A stretch of DNA of 64,000 nucleotides from Octopus sinensis (GCF_006345805.1 NC_042997.1:154070001-154134000), one strand, 5' to 3'. Positions 13,527 through 26,590 are shown, numbered from the stretch's first letter. Program-made: numbers and translations. The notes: a model not told the origin generated them from the sequence alone.

Positions 13527-13710
13527 GTATATATATGTATATATATATATATATCGAAATTACTACGATGATCCGGTTCTTGACTGAAGACTGAGGGGTT
13601 CGAATGTCCTGTCCATGTTTATTGTGTCGTCTTCTAAGAGTTATACGTTCTTGTCCATGTTGTATTTTTCTACATACCTTAATATATATATATATATATG
13701 GATACTATTT

Positions 13711-13962
13711 AAGAGTGGTCCCGGTGCGCGCACTCGCGCATCCACGCTAGCTAGTCGTGACTAGTCGATCCTACAATGACTATCCTATTAAAAAAAAACC
13801 CATCTAAGTTATGATGGGGGTACCAAACGTTTATCTAATAACTACTAATAACTTTCAACCGAACTTGTATGAACATTTGTTATAGGATAGGTAGTCGTTG
13901 TAGGATCGACTAGTCACAACTAGCTAGCGCGGATGCTCGAGTGCATGCATCGGGACCACTCT
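13711..13962. mobile_element. MITE with ~78-bp GC-rich inverted repeats
   Basis: AAGAGTGGTCCCGGTGC...GATCCTACAATGACTATCCTAT vs ATAGGTAGTCGTTGTAGGATC...CGGGACCACTCTT. Confidence 0.85.
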
Positions 13963-14471
13963 TCTCAAATATGTGTGTGTCTGTCCCTCACCACCACTTG
14001 ATGACCAGTGTTGGTGTGTTTAGAACCTTATAACTTAGTGGTTCAACAAATGAGACCGATAAAATAAGTACCAAGCTGAAGAAAGATGTACTGGGGTCGA
14101 TTTGTTCAACTAAAAATTCTTCAAGGCAGTGCCCCAGCATGGTTGCAGTCTAATGACTGAAACAAGTGTAAGATACCAGAAATGTCTTTGTTCCTTTCAT
14201 TCACCCATCTTGTCTCTTGTGTCATTGCCCTCTCTTATTCATCTTGTCAATGATACTACCCTGAATGAACAAATATAGTGTGGTGAGGACTTTCTAATTT
14301 TAACCATAACACCACTAATACTTGTGTTATTATAAAATGCATCCAGTATGCTCTGTAAAGTGGTTGTTGAATGAGTGGGGATGATGTTAGGTCAAGAAGA
14401 CACATGTTGAGGACATAAGATGCATCCTGTTAAAAGATAAGAGCAACCAGCTGTAGAAACCAAACCAAACT

Positions 14472-15045
14472 GAGCTGGTAGAATCGTTAGCACGTCGGGC
14501 GAAATGCTTACCGGTATTTCGTCTGTCGTTACATTGTGAGTTCAAATTCCGCCGAGGTCAACTTTGCTTTCATCCTTTCGGGGTCGATAAATTAAGTACC
14601 AGTTACGCACTGGGGTTGATGTAATCGACTTAATACCTATGTCTGTCCTTGTTTGTCCCCTCTATGTTTAGCCCCTTGTGGGTAGTAAAGAAATAGGCAT
14701 TTTGCCTGCCGTTAGGCTCTGAGTTCAAATTCCGCCGAGGCCGACTTTGCCTTTCATCCTTTCAGGGTCAATAAATTAGGTATCAGTTATGCCCTGGGGT
14801 CAATGTAATCAACTTAATCTCCTTGTCTGTCCTCTCTGTGTTTAACCCCTTGTGGGTAGTAAAGAAATAGGTATTTTGCCTGCCGTTAGGTTCTGAGTTC
14901 AAATTCCGCCGAGGCCGACTTTGCCTTTCATCCTTTCGGGGTCAATAAATTAGGTATCAGTTATGCCCTGGGGTCGATGTAATCAACTTAATCTCCTTGT
15001 TTGTCCCCTCTATGTTTAGCCCCTTTTGGGCAATAAAGAAATAAG
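14472..15045 (+). mobile_element. SINE family B, head plus three tandem ~170-bp units
   Basis: GAGTTCAAATTCCGCCGAGG recurs at ~14538, ~14721 and ~14895. Confidence 0.88.
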
Positions 15046-16612
15046 AAACCAAACCAGAATTGAAGCATGTAAATGCAATGATCTGACTTGGAGGGTATTA
15101 ACTCAAAATAAGAAATGACTTGGTCTGTGATGTCCTGTACAACTCATGCCAGCATGGAAAGCAGGTGTAGAATGATGTTGAATTATGACATATGAGCAAG
15201 AGATAAAATCTTGGCACAGCAAAACAATTCAGTTTCAATTCTCAGCTGATGCATTTTCACTTCATTGATATGCCTTTGAGAAAAGCATCAATATAACAAC
15301 TTGCTTCCTTCTATCAAAATGTAAAACATTTGTGCTTAATAAAAATAAACCAAAAAAATTTATTCAAGAATGACCTTTAGGACAGTTCATTTTTTATAAT
15401 TGTGGGCATCATCATTTTATGTTAGCATTTTTAATACTGGTTTGGTTTGAACTGGCTTCCTTTCTACTTGTCCAGTGCTGGTAAAGCCAGCCTTGCCACT
15501 TATCACAGTCTTCTTTGTTATTTGGCTCTCTCAGTGACAAAGAAAACAGCCAGTTTTTGATGTGTGAGTATGTAATTAGTTATTTTTTGTCAAGGATTTT
15601 ACTGTTGAATGTCTTTCCTATCAGCACATCTGCTGTTGTCCTAACCTTAGAATTCTGATTGTTCTGAATTAATTATGCATTATCTCATAGCTCTGAGATT
15701 TCAATGATGTAATTGTTTTTTTTTTTTGTTAGAACAACATTATAGGAGAGGTGTGGATGGTCAGACCTGGTTGGTTTGAACATAAAACAGGTAGAATATT
15801 TGGGCTGGATATGGCCAGTTTAAATGCTAATGAGATAAAGTGTCCAATTTACCGTGTAAATTAGGTGTATATTCGTCGTACCATTCATCCCAGTACATAA
15901 TCAGTAATTATTAATTTATTTTTCAATTCTCAAAAATGGTGTGTTCTATTGTCAACCTTAAGGGGATTTCAAATCAAAAGTGGGTGATAGGGCTGAAAAT
16001 TAAATATTCTAAGCTCTATACTGTTATTGCCATCAACATTATTACTGTTAGCATTATTTATCTTTTATACATTTTAGTATTTGATGGCTGTGCTCCTAAA
16101 AATATGGTTACAGTCATTCTATTTCACTGGTTGTCTCTGTTTTTATAGAAATTCCAAGGGCAATGGAAGTGACTGAAACTAGTACACCAATATGAATGTA
16201 CTAGAGTATTGAGCTTTGTCTCTAAGTTCCAAGTTCAAATCTCATTTGGATTCACCTGACTTTTAAATACTTTGGGATTAATAAAATATGTACCAGTAAT
16301 ATATTGAGACTAAATAAACTTGTTCAGCAAAAAGCTACCTCAAACAATGATTGGTGTTTTTTTTGGACCCTTCTTTCAGCTGAAATATCCAATGAGGTTA
16401 CTACTTATGAATACTTTTATATAAAGTTTTGTAAAAGCTAGTTTACAAAAATCATAGTGAAGATGAATTATTAAAGCAAAAATTATAGCCAGCTGTCACT
16501 TGAGCAAACATGACTTGATGTAACATGCTTTTGCTACTTGTTTCTAGGTACCTAGGTATAGTTTTGAGCAGACATAAGTACCTCTTGGCCCCATCATTCT
16601 TGACCCAATAAA

Positions 16613-16871
16613 ATGGGGGTTCTCAACTGAGTCACATGACCCTTAGGGGGTCTGTATAAGATTTTGTTGTTAAAAATTATGTGCAATAAATTGCTTATAC
16701 TTTTACAATACACAGAATATTTAAACATTTTTCTGGTACAATTCCAAATAATATTTAATAATAAAAATATAATAGGATCTTTTAAACATCAAATGACTAT
16801 GAGTGTCCATCCAAATAAAATAGAAATCAAAAGGGCCTATAAGTAAAAAAAAAAAATGGTGAGAACCACTG
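16613..16871. mobile_element. hAT(Charlie)-type MITE
   Basis: Degenerate TIRs GGGGTTCTCAAC...GGTGAGAACCACTG. Confidence 0.55.
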
Positions 16872-18510
16872 CAGTAGAACTTCCTGGATGTGATGGCTGG
16901 AGAGGGTGAGATGGCTGTATTAGCTCCTTGCTGCTAGTCATTACAGCTGAGAAGACTGCAACAATGTGAAATGGTTTAGTCAGAAGAAAGGGAGCATCCA
17001 TGGCTTTTTCACAGAGCATCTGAAATGGGTGGGAAGAAGTTATTCTTAGTCTGGACACTTGGTCAAGTGACCTAACATCATGGTAGAAGACGTTTGTCTA
17101 AGAAGTAATGCAGTAGGATTGAACCTGGAACCAAGTTACTGCAAAGCAAACTTCATCTGCACCTAATCTTGGATTCTGTGAGAGCTACTTTCTTTAGTGT
17201 TCTGACCTGGATTAAGACTACTGACCACTTCAAAAAAAAAAAAAAAATTCTACCCTTTCACTGGCTTCAGTCATTTGACTGCAGCCATGCTGGAGCACCG
17301 CCTTTAGTCGAGCAAATTGACCCCTGGACTTATTCTTTAGAAGCCTAGTACTTCGGTCTCATTTGTCGAACTGCTAAGTTACAGAGACATAAACACACCA
17401 CCATCGGTTGTCAAGCGATGTTGGGGGACAAACATATACACACACACACACATACATATATATACATATATACGACGGGCTTCAACTCACCCCGAGTTGA
17501 TTTCCTACATGTTTTATTGGATAAACTTATTGTTCCAGGTACGTTCTCATAAATTCATCATGCTTTTCCATCTAGATTTACCCCCAGCTAACCGATTTGC
17601 ATGCATCGTTTTTGTTCTGCTTTTCTTCCATCAACCTGTACATAACTACACCTTCCATTTTTTTGTTGTTTTTGTACTGCTTAAAGGCACGTTTCTATCC
17701 TGCCAAGTTTACTCTTTAAACCATGTTTGTGTTCTCCCAGTCAACAGCCTTATCATTACTGGTACTTTAAACTCTTCGGTTGCATATTTGTGTGAATAAA
17801 ATCGTTTTTCTTTGGATTAGACAAAAAGTCTATCTTTATTTCTTTTTTTGCTGGTGTCTCAAATTTAGGTTAAATCAGTGTTTCTCAAAGGGGAGGCCTA
17901 TGGGATGGTCGGAGAAGTTTCGAGAAAATTTGGTTTAAATGTTTGACAACTCAGCACCGTCCATACAAGCGTTTTGCTTGTAAGTTCAATAAAAAACAAC
18001 AACCCAAGAATCTCGATATAACATTTTATAACAAAATAAGAATTCCAATAATATTTATGTATTTATAAAACAAAATAAATATAAATACAATTTTGTGTAA
18101 ATATAGACTTTATAAAAGTAGTAATCAAATTTTTCAAACACATTCAAGTGAAAAATATTTTGCTCTCAAAATATATTCAGCCTTAAATTGTCATGAGTAT
18201 TCAAGAGGCACTGTAAACAAAATAAAACTGGAAAGGATTTCAGTGTCTTGTTTATTTCATTTCTTTTAATCGTTTTGTTTAGAAAAATAACTTGAATCTC
18301 AAAAGAAAAAAAACAACTTATTCTTTACTCAACTTCAATTTGTAGATAAATCTTGAATGAAATGGAGTTCATTCGAATTTTACAATCCTAATAAATGGAA
18401 TCAAATTGAATTACACAGCATAAAACCATAAAAATAAACAGGGTTCTGTTATAAGAAACACTAAAGGATTTCTGGGTTTGGACTGAAGACTTTACATAAA
18501 TATTCTATCG

Positions 18511-18544
<34 letters not shown>

Positions 18545-18761
18545 TATGGCAGTATTAATGGAATGTGCAATAGACTAATTGGGAGGAAAATTACTGAAAC
18601 ACAAAAAATTCAAATATGAACATGGAAAGTATACATTGTAGTTTATTTGAATTTTTTTCATTTCAATAATTTTCCTCTGATTTTACTCATTCTCGAATTT
18701 GATGGACATATAGTGGTACCTAAGTGGACTCAAGGAATCTCTAGTAAGACTTTTTATTGAT

Positions 18762-18800
18762 GTACCTGAAGAGACCCAAACAGGTCAAAACGTGTTGTAC
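18762..18800 (+). ncRNA. Degenerate type-I hammerhead motif in a Penelope-like pseudo-LTR
   Basis: gtac CTGAAGA gacc caaaca ggtc AAAA(for GAAA) cgtgtt gtac, followed by AATAAA. Confidence 0.6.
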
Positions 18801-20050
18801 CCAATAAAGTTTATTACACATTCCATCGCCTATCTTATTAATACTGTTACCCCAACCACCACTATGAAGTCCCTGCAGTAAATCTACGGATAACAACAGG
18901 TAATCAAAACTGTGCTGGTGCTTTACTCATCATCCATTTATACATTTTGTACAATTTCTCCATTATATATATATTAATACATACACACATATATATAAAA
19001 CAAACAAAAAATATAATAAAGTTGACAAGATAATCTTCATGCTGTCAAAATTTCCTCTTAAAAATGAAGAGGATTCATAAGATAACATATGTTAACGAAA
19101 AAAGAAAAAGGGATGGTCACAGTGAGAATGGCTGATTATATGTCTATTCAATTAGAGCTGTCTGGGGAAATTATATTATAAGATTATTGTTCATCAAAAA
19201 CTTAATATGAACAATATACAATTATAAAAATGGAGTCAATACATGAAAAGGCTTCAATACAAACTGTAAGTTTCAAGCATTTCTTGTCTGATTATGTATT
19301 GATGGATAATTTAAGGGGTAACTGGAGTTGTTTTATGTTTATTAAACCCAAGTAAGGCCTATGATCAAAGGCGTTTCAATTAAGACCACACTATCTTCTA
19401 AGCCAATAACTCTTTTCTCTAGAAAGAGAGTAAGGTGTAATTTAAAGGAGATCTGGTTGCTATTTCTAGAAGGTTGAGCGACCACATAGTCTCCCTCAAT
19501 GGCTAAGTTGATAAAAGTGTTGAAGCAATTGCTGAGTTGTCTTTAGAACTAATACTCTACAGGTTGATTCCTTGTGGTCAATTTAACTTAAAGTAAACTA
19601 ATATTCCCTATTAGAAACAAACTTATAGGGACAGACTTTCAAATGTCATTGGTGAAAGCAACCAAACCTTGTATCACTCACTGTAAGTTTTAAAACAAAA
19701 AAAAAATATCTATTACATCAAAATATGAAGCTCTTAATGGCTGAGTGTACCTGTCTGTGAGTAGGTACCACAAATAGTGATACTCATGCATACAGGCACA
19801 CACACACACACAGGTGGACCAAGCTATTGGTGAATGTAGAAATAGTAATATATTTTATCACCCTATGCTTACTGTTGTTTGCATGTGTAGCAAACAAGTT
19901 CTACATCTTCAGAATCAAGTTGTTAGTAGCTGTAGGCTATTATTTAGATGAAAAACAATTGTTCTAGTGACATGCAAAAATTTGCAAAAACCAACTTATT
20001 GCAGTAGGTGGTAAGAAGAAAAAGGGGATGTTTTAAGAATATAATTCCAT

Positions 20051-20414
20051 TACTCTTTTACTTGTTTCAGTCATTTGACTGGGGCCATGCTGGAGCACCG
20101 CCTTTAGTCGAGCACATCGACCCCAGGACTTATTCTTTGTAAGCCTAGTACTTATTCTATCAGTCTCTTTTGCCAAACTGCTAAGTTACGGGGACGTAAA
20201 CACACCAGCATCGGTTGTCAAGTGATGTTGGGGGGACAAACACAGACACACAAACATATATATATATATATATATACATACATACAACAGGCTTCTTTCA
20301 GTTTCTGTCTACCAAATTCACTCACAAGGCTTTGGTTGGCCCGAGGCTATAGTAGAAGACACCTGCCCAAGGTGTCACGCAGTGGGACTGAACCCGGAAC
20401 CATGTAGTTCGTAA
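20051..20414 (-). mobile_element. SINE family A, downstream of the SLC38A7 stop codon
   Basis: Near-identical to 7273-7662. Confidence 0.88.
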
Positions 20415-21390
20415 AGAAATAGTTGTGATGGTCCCATGATTGAACAGATTTCTAATTACGGAGCAGTTACAGTGGAAACATGACAATAACAACACTGATA
20501 GAGCATGAGACAAGACAACAATCAGCTTAGAGATTGGTAGTTCATGGCTTGTTAGTACAGCTACTTTATATGCCTATCAAACATACTAAACTTTCAGTAA
20601 CCAAGTATGAGCAAGAGCCATGGAGGCAGTATAGTTTTATTGCTTTAAGCAACAATAACACTGTACTTCATTAGCTTGCAGTGTTGAATTTAATTACTCT
20701 CTTAGGAATAACAGCCTGCAATAGTTTAGCCATTTAAAGAGTGACTTCTCATTTGACAAATGGTACATAAATAAACCGGTATAGATCTTAGTGAAAAGAT
20801 CTAGAAAGTGAGAGCTATAGTAAAAAATAGCAATTTTTATAATACATGTAATTAACAAAAAAATTTGTTGATTTTTATCTAAAAAAATTTACACGCAAAA
20901 GATGTAACTAAAAATATATAGAATTATAGTACTAAAAATATATAGAATTATAGTACTAAATTTGTTGAAACTGAAAACATTATATATGTAAACCACCATT
21001 TAATAATCATATTCCATGCTGGCACAAGTTGGGTAGTTTCACAGGATCTGACCATCTAGGGGACTGCCTTGAGCAGACATTAAAGCCCAATGCATAGTCA
21101 TAATCCTGTTGAACAGTTCAATCCATGCCAGCATGGAACATGGACGCTAAATGATGATGATATATATATTATATATAAAACACAAGAAAATAAATTCATT
21201 TATCAAATTATTACAAAAATATGTTAATAGAATATCACATTATCCAAAGTATTTTTGAACACTGAATTACACTGAAAACACTTTTACAGAATACAAAAAC
21301 TGGATGAAAGGAACAAATGTTATGGAAAAAAAAAAAATCATTAAAATTTAACAATTTTTGTTCATATTTGTTCAATATACTTTTTTTTTT

Positions 21391-21596
21391 CTAGGTAGAT
21401 GTAACGTTTGTATCACAGGTATTTTCTGCTCCACTCCCAGAAAACCCATGAAGGTTATCCAGAATGGCTTGAGTAAAGGTGACACCAAAAATAAAAGCAC
21501 CTAAAGACAAAAATAATATTCCACTGCCAACAGCTAGTCGTGGTTTCCACACTGGGAAGTCGTTCATATGTAAACCTAGTTGAAGGATGCATATAC
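21391..21596 (-). CDS. SLC38A7: SLC38A7-like transporter, last coding exon
   Basis: Acceptor tttcag, then (G)ICILQLG...GILFLSLGAFIFGVTFTQAIL...TST-TAG. Phase matches the preceding exon. Not in the ORF track. Confidence 0.85.
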
Positions 21597-21740
21597 CTGA
21601 AAAATATAAACAGAAAAAGGAAGATTTATAGCTTTATCTGGGGTTTTGTTTTGAGATCAGTTTACAAAAAAGAAAAAAAGAAAAAGGGGTGTTAATGAAG
21701 AATAGGCAGTAAGTTATAATTGGTATAATATGAAGAGAAA

Positions 21741-21778
<38 letters not shown>

Positions 21779-22483
21779 AAGCAGCTTCATTTTTACCTTT
21801 ATTTCATCCCTACTAAATGTCAAGAAGGAGTCTCAATGCAGTCATTCAACTGCATGAAATAGCAATTACACTTATTAAATCACATTCTAATGTTTTTTTT
21901 TTTTTTTAAATAATGTGACAATGTAGTAATTTTCTTTCAATTATCCCAATACAATCAAAATTTAGAGAGGAACTCAAATATTTTGCAGGAAATTGATAAA
22001 TTATTGTACCTAGGTATCTTGTTATATGATATCTGTTAGGGATAAACCTAAATTCTATAGACGTAATATCCACTTTTCCATGCTTGCATAGGTTGGATAG
22101 AAGTAGTTGAGGCAGATTTTCTATTGTTGGGTGCCTTTCCTGTCACCATCACTCACCTGCTTCTAAATAAGATAATATTTTTCCATGGTTGGACATGTTT
22201 TCACAGGAGATAAATAAAGGACACTGCTTGCAATGATGGTGACACTTTCTTACAACTAATACCTGATAAAAGGCAAGGAAACAGTAACACACACATGTAT
22301 AGTAATACCTCACTTTACAATGGCCCAATTTGTGAGACCCTGGGTTTATGAGTTTTATAATAAATATAAATTTTCAACGAAGTGCTAAAGTTTCTACTAT
22401 TACAACAAATACTTCTGCGTGTTACTAAGAAATTTATAGAGAGCGAAAAAAAAAAGCTTCTTCTAAGCAAACTACTCTAGACT

Positions 22484-22574
22484 ATGCCTATGGGCATATG
22501 GTGTAGTGGTTAAAAGCACAGGCTACTAACCCCAAGATTCCAAGTTCAATTCCAGGCAATGACCTGAATAATAA
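22484..22574 (+). mobile_element. Short tRNA-derived retroposon with target-site duplication
   Basis: TGGTGTAGTGGTTAA (A box), GTTCAATTCC (B box), (AAT)n tail; TACTCTAGACT direct repeats at 22473-22483 and 22575-22585. Confidence 0.7.
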
Positions 22575-23224
22575 TACTCTAGACTTGTTTTTTAAAAAGA
22601 AATCTACAAGTGCTTGTGAATTGGCAACAGCATCTACAAATGATGGTGTGCATGTGAGTCGGGTGTGAGTGATGGTGATTTAGAAAACAATTATATTAAT
22701 ATTTATTATAAATGATCTTGACAGTCTTTTTACTTTACATTCTATGGTTATTTTATTGCCATTTATTTACAAGTATTAGAAATTTTAAAGGTAAAATATT
22801 TTTCTGAGAATGAATTATGATTTATAACATTGCTACCATGGAAAATTTTTGCTCTGCTTTATGAGTAGTCTCCAGGAACAAATTAACTCGTATATCAAGG
22901 CTTTATTGTATATATGTATGTGTGTAAACACACACAATGTGCTTCTCCTGTATCAGTGGATCTGGTAGATGGAAACTGAAAGAAGCCTGTGTGTGTATGT
23001 ATGCATGCAGTCTCACTGCATGGCATCTTGGCAAACCTGAAACCACGTGTTTGGGAATCAAACTTTTTAATGCACAGCCACCCATGTTTAGAAAGAGATT
23101 TCATTTTAAGTAACTACTATTACATCTTCAAACAAATGGCTTCAACTTCTGAATTCTGTTAGGAATTAACTAGACATGGGAGATATTCTAAAGAAAATGA
23201 AAGTAAATAGAAAACTGAGATTAC

Positions 23225-23424
23225 CTGGGAAGACAAAGATAAAGACAGCTGCTAATGTTCCAAGGAATGCGATGACTACTCCAATATTAGGAATTAACAC
23301 AGCAAGGAGAAGAGTTGTAAAAAACCAGACTAGAGTCATTATAATACGCCGTACTTTCTCATGGATACTGGCACTCACAGCAGAGAGATTAAATATATAA
23401 CACCATAAACTTTCTAAACCAGCC
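23225..23424 (-). CDS. SLC38A7: SLC38A7-like transporter exon
   Basis: ttttgcag|G AGLESLW...RRIIMTLVWFFTTLLLAVLIPNIGVVIAFLGTLAAVFIFVFPG|gtaa. Confidence 0.9.
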
Positions 23425-24494
23425 CTGCAAAATGAAGAATTACAAGTTAAGGACAGTAATTATTAGAGCAACATATATATAAAAAACAAAGAATGAGGAG
23501 TGCCTCTGTGTGGTTGCTAAAAATAGCAGTCTAGTTACCCTCAAATCACAACTGCTTAAAAAAAGATTGTTGGATAATGTAATCTACATGCATGATGGTT
23601 GGGGAAAAGGTAGGATGGTCACAGCTGGAATAGCTTTGATCACAGACCTGCCCAGTAAGGGTTGACACTGGGCTAAACAAGGGCAACAAAAATGTTATAA
23701 TTGCAGAGTGAGTTTTAAACTGAAGATTTTTTATTTTAGTGTCAATAAAAATAGAAAATAATATATTTATAGGCACATGTAAAACTAATGCTGTTCCTAT
23801 ACATCTTAATGGAAAGATGTATTAACCTAATACTAATAGGTTCTCTGGAAAATTTTGAGTGTTTTTAAGTCAAACCATTTAACACTTCATTGAACACACT
23901 TGAAACGCAACAGTTAAAACTTTGGCATTGCTTGAAGTGGTAGTGCATCTCTTCTTTGTTTCTGACTAAAAATAGATTTATCTTTCATTCTGGTTACCTT
24001 TTATTGACATTTGAAATGGATAACCAAAAATTTCATATTCATGTTGTGCCGCCTCGACTGGCTTCCGTGTCGGCGGCATGTAAAAAGCACCATCCAGCCG
24101 AAGCCAGTGCCGACTGGCTTCCATAAAATGCACCATCCGAATTGTGGCTGATGCCAGCGCCGCCTCGACTGGCTTCCGTGTTGGTGGCACGTAAAAAGCA
24201 CCATCCGAATCGTAGCCGAAGCCAGTGCTGCCTTGACTGGCTTCCATAAAATGCACCAATCCGACCGTGGCCGATGCCAGCCTCGCCTGGCACCAGTGCA
24301 GGTGGCACATAAAAAGCACTCACTACACTCACGGAGTGGTTGGCGTTAGGAAGGGCATCCAGCTGTAGAAACTTTGCCAGATAAGACCGGAGCCTGGTGC
24401 AGCCTTCTGGCTTTCCAGATCCCCGGTCGAACCGTCCAACCCATGCTAGCATGGAGAACGGACGTTAAACGATGATGATGATGATGATGATGAA

Positions 24495-26590
24495 TGTTTT
24501 TCTTTTTTAAAAAAAAGAGAGAAATGTTGCAAAGACTTGCAAAAACATTTCTGAAGTTTATGGTGATGATGTTGTAGGCTAATCAATTGTTCAAAGGTGG
24601 TTTGCAAAACTTAAAGCTGGAGAGTTTAGCTTGGAAGATGACAGTCACAGCGGAAGACCTTCAAAACTGGATGAAAATGTTTTTTTGAAAGCAAAAATCA
24701 AAGAAAGCTCAAATATTGTGACTAGAGAAATTGCAGAAGAGTTGGAAGTTTCTAAAAGTATGGCTCAAGTACACCTGGTGAAGCTAGGATACATTTCTTG
24801 CTATAGTGTATGGGTTCCTCAGAAACTCTCAGAAAAGGATTAATTGGTTTGGTATTCCGTTTGTAATAAGCTTTTGAAATGGAATGAAAAAGCATGCCTT
24901 TATTGAAACAACTTGTGAATGGAGAAGAAAAATGGATTGTATACAAAAATGTAGTGTGAAAAAGATCCTGAAGTTTGTGTAAACAGTAACCAAAGACAAA
25001 TATCTATGCCAAAAAAGCTACACTCTGCATTTGGTGGGATCATAAAGGTATTATTTATTAATACCTTCTCCCACAAAGCCAGACCATTAATTCTGATGTG
25101 TACTGTCGTCAGCTGGCTAATTTGAACTAAAAAAAAAAAATCAAAGAATTGAGGCTGGAGATTGCCAACAGGAAAGGAGTAGTGTCCCAACAAGACTATG
25201 CCTGACCACATGTCTTTGGCCCCACCAAACAAAGTTATGTGAACTTGGCTGGGATCTCTTATCCCATCCACCATAGTCTCCTGATATTGTGCCATCTAAC
25301 TACTACTTGTTTTTGTCTTTACAGAACCCATTGTAAGGAAAAACCTTTTAACAATTTAGATGGAATCAAAATGCATCTAGATAGCATTTTTTCTTCAAAG
25401 CTAGTCAAATTTTATGCTGATGGAATACTTAAATTGCCTGATAGATGAGCAAAGGTCTTTAATAATAATGGAAATTATCAGGTCATTAAGAATGAAATGT
25501 CTGATTTTTCTTGTATTGTTTATGAATATGAGTTCTGTCAAGGAACCAATGCACCCCAGACAGAAATGATGATGTGTACTGTCATTGATGGTTTGAGAAA
25601 ATCAGCCCCTTGGTAGACTTGAGACCAAGGTGGATAATGTAGTGGAAGCAGATACCTCTCAAACTACACATGAGTTAGCAGCAAGGTTTGACGTTTCGAT
25701 TCCAACTAAATAGGACCATCTGAAACAAATCAGCAAAGTAAAGAAGCTGGACAGGTGGGTACCACACAAACTGAATGAGCATCAATTGACATGTTGTCTT
25801 GAAACTTGTTCTTTGCTGTCACGCCATAAAAGCGAACCATTTTTGCATTGTATTGTTACATGTGATGAAAAACTGGATTCTTTTCAACAATGGCAAGCGT
25901 TCTGCATGGTGGTTGGATAGAGACAAAGTGCCAAAACACAATCCAAAAAAGAATATTCACCAAAAAAAGCTAATGGTGTCTGTTTGGTGGCCCAGCGCTG
26001 GTGTCATCCACTACAGCTTCATGAGACCTGTCAATTACAGCGGATGTATACATCAACTAATTGGATGAAGTGATGAGTGAACTTGCAATTAAACAACTGA
26101 GATTGGTCAATAGAAACAGGCCAATTCTCTTGCAAGACAATGCTCAACCATATGTTGTACAAAGAACGGTACCCCAGTTACAGGAACTGAACTTGGAAGT
26201 ACTCTGTCATCCACCATATTCACCAGACCTTGCATCAATTGACTATCATATTTTCCAGGCATTAGACAAGGAAAAAAACTTCAAATCTGAAGAAGATGCA
26301 AAAACGGCCTTTCCTGATTTCATCAACTCTTGTTCTCCAGAATTTTTTGCTACCTGCATAAATAAGCTACTGATAAAATGGCAAAATTGTGTTGATAATT
26401 TAGGTGCATACTCTGATTAACTGCATTGCTTTTTGCTAAGATAAAGTAAAATAAACTTTCAGTTCAAAATCAGACATTTCATTCTTAATGAGCTGATATT
26501 TCATCAAATAAAATTTATTGAAAGGTCCAATTATTTATATCCCTTTTTGCATTTTAAAAAATGCTCAGAACTTTCTGGACAACCTAATTC
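24495..26590 (+). mobile_element. Mariner (SETMAR-like) transposase pseudogene, outer element
   Basis: LEDDSHSGRPS, WVPQKLSE, VNGEEKWIVY, YPSTIVS.. (HPPYSPD-like), FYADGILKLPDR; 3' TIR-like CAGAACTTTCTGGACAACCTAA at ~26567-26588. Confidence 0.75.
25478..26496 (+). mobile_element. Second mariner element nested in the first, internally deleted
   Basis: TIRs TCAGGTCATTAAGAATGAAATGTCTGATTTT / AAAATCAGACATTTCATTCTTAATGAGCTGA with TA on both sides; WVPHKL, VTCDE.W, LQDNAQP, HPPYSPDLASIDY. Confidence 0.88.

Larger units (their letters stand above)
12540..14175 (+). mobile_element. SINE A split by a cluster of inverted-repeat elements
   Basis: Head at 12540-12648, tail at 13971-14175. Confidence 0.65.

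Noticed and set aside
13575-13620. CTGAAGA...TCGAA as another hammerhead
   Set aside because: No GAAA and no pairing stem II.
14472-15045. Regularly spaced repeats resembling a CRISPR array (also 24048-24320)
   Set aside because: The units are wholly repeated with no unique spacers, there are no cas genes, and the context is eukaryotic SINE/LINE.
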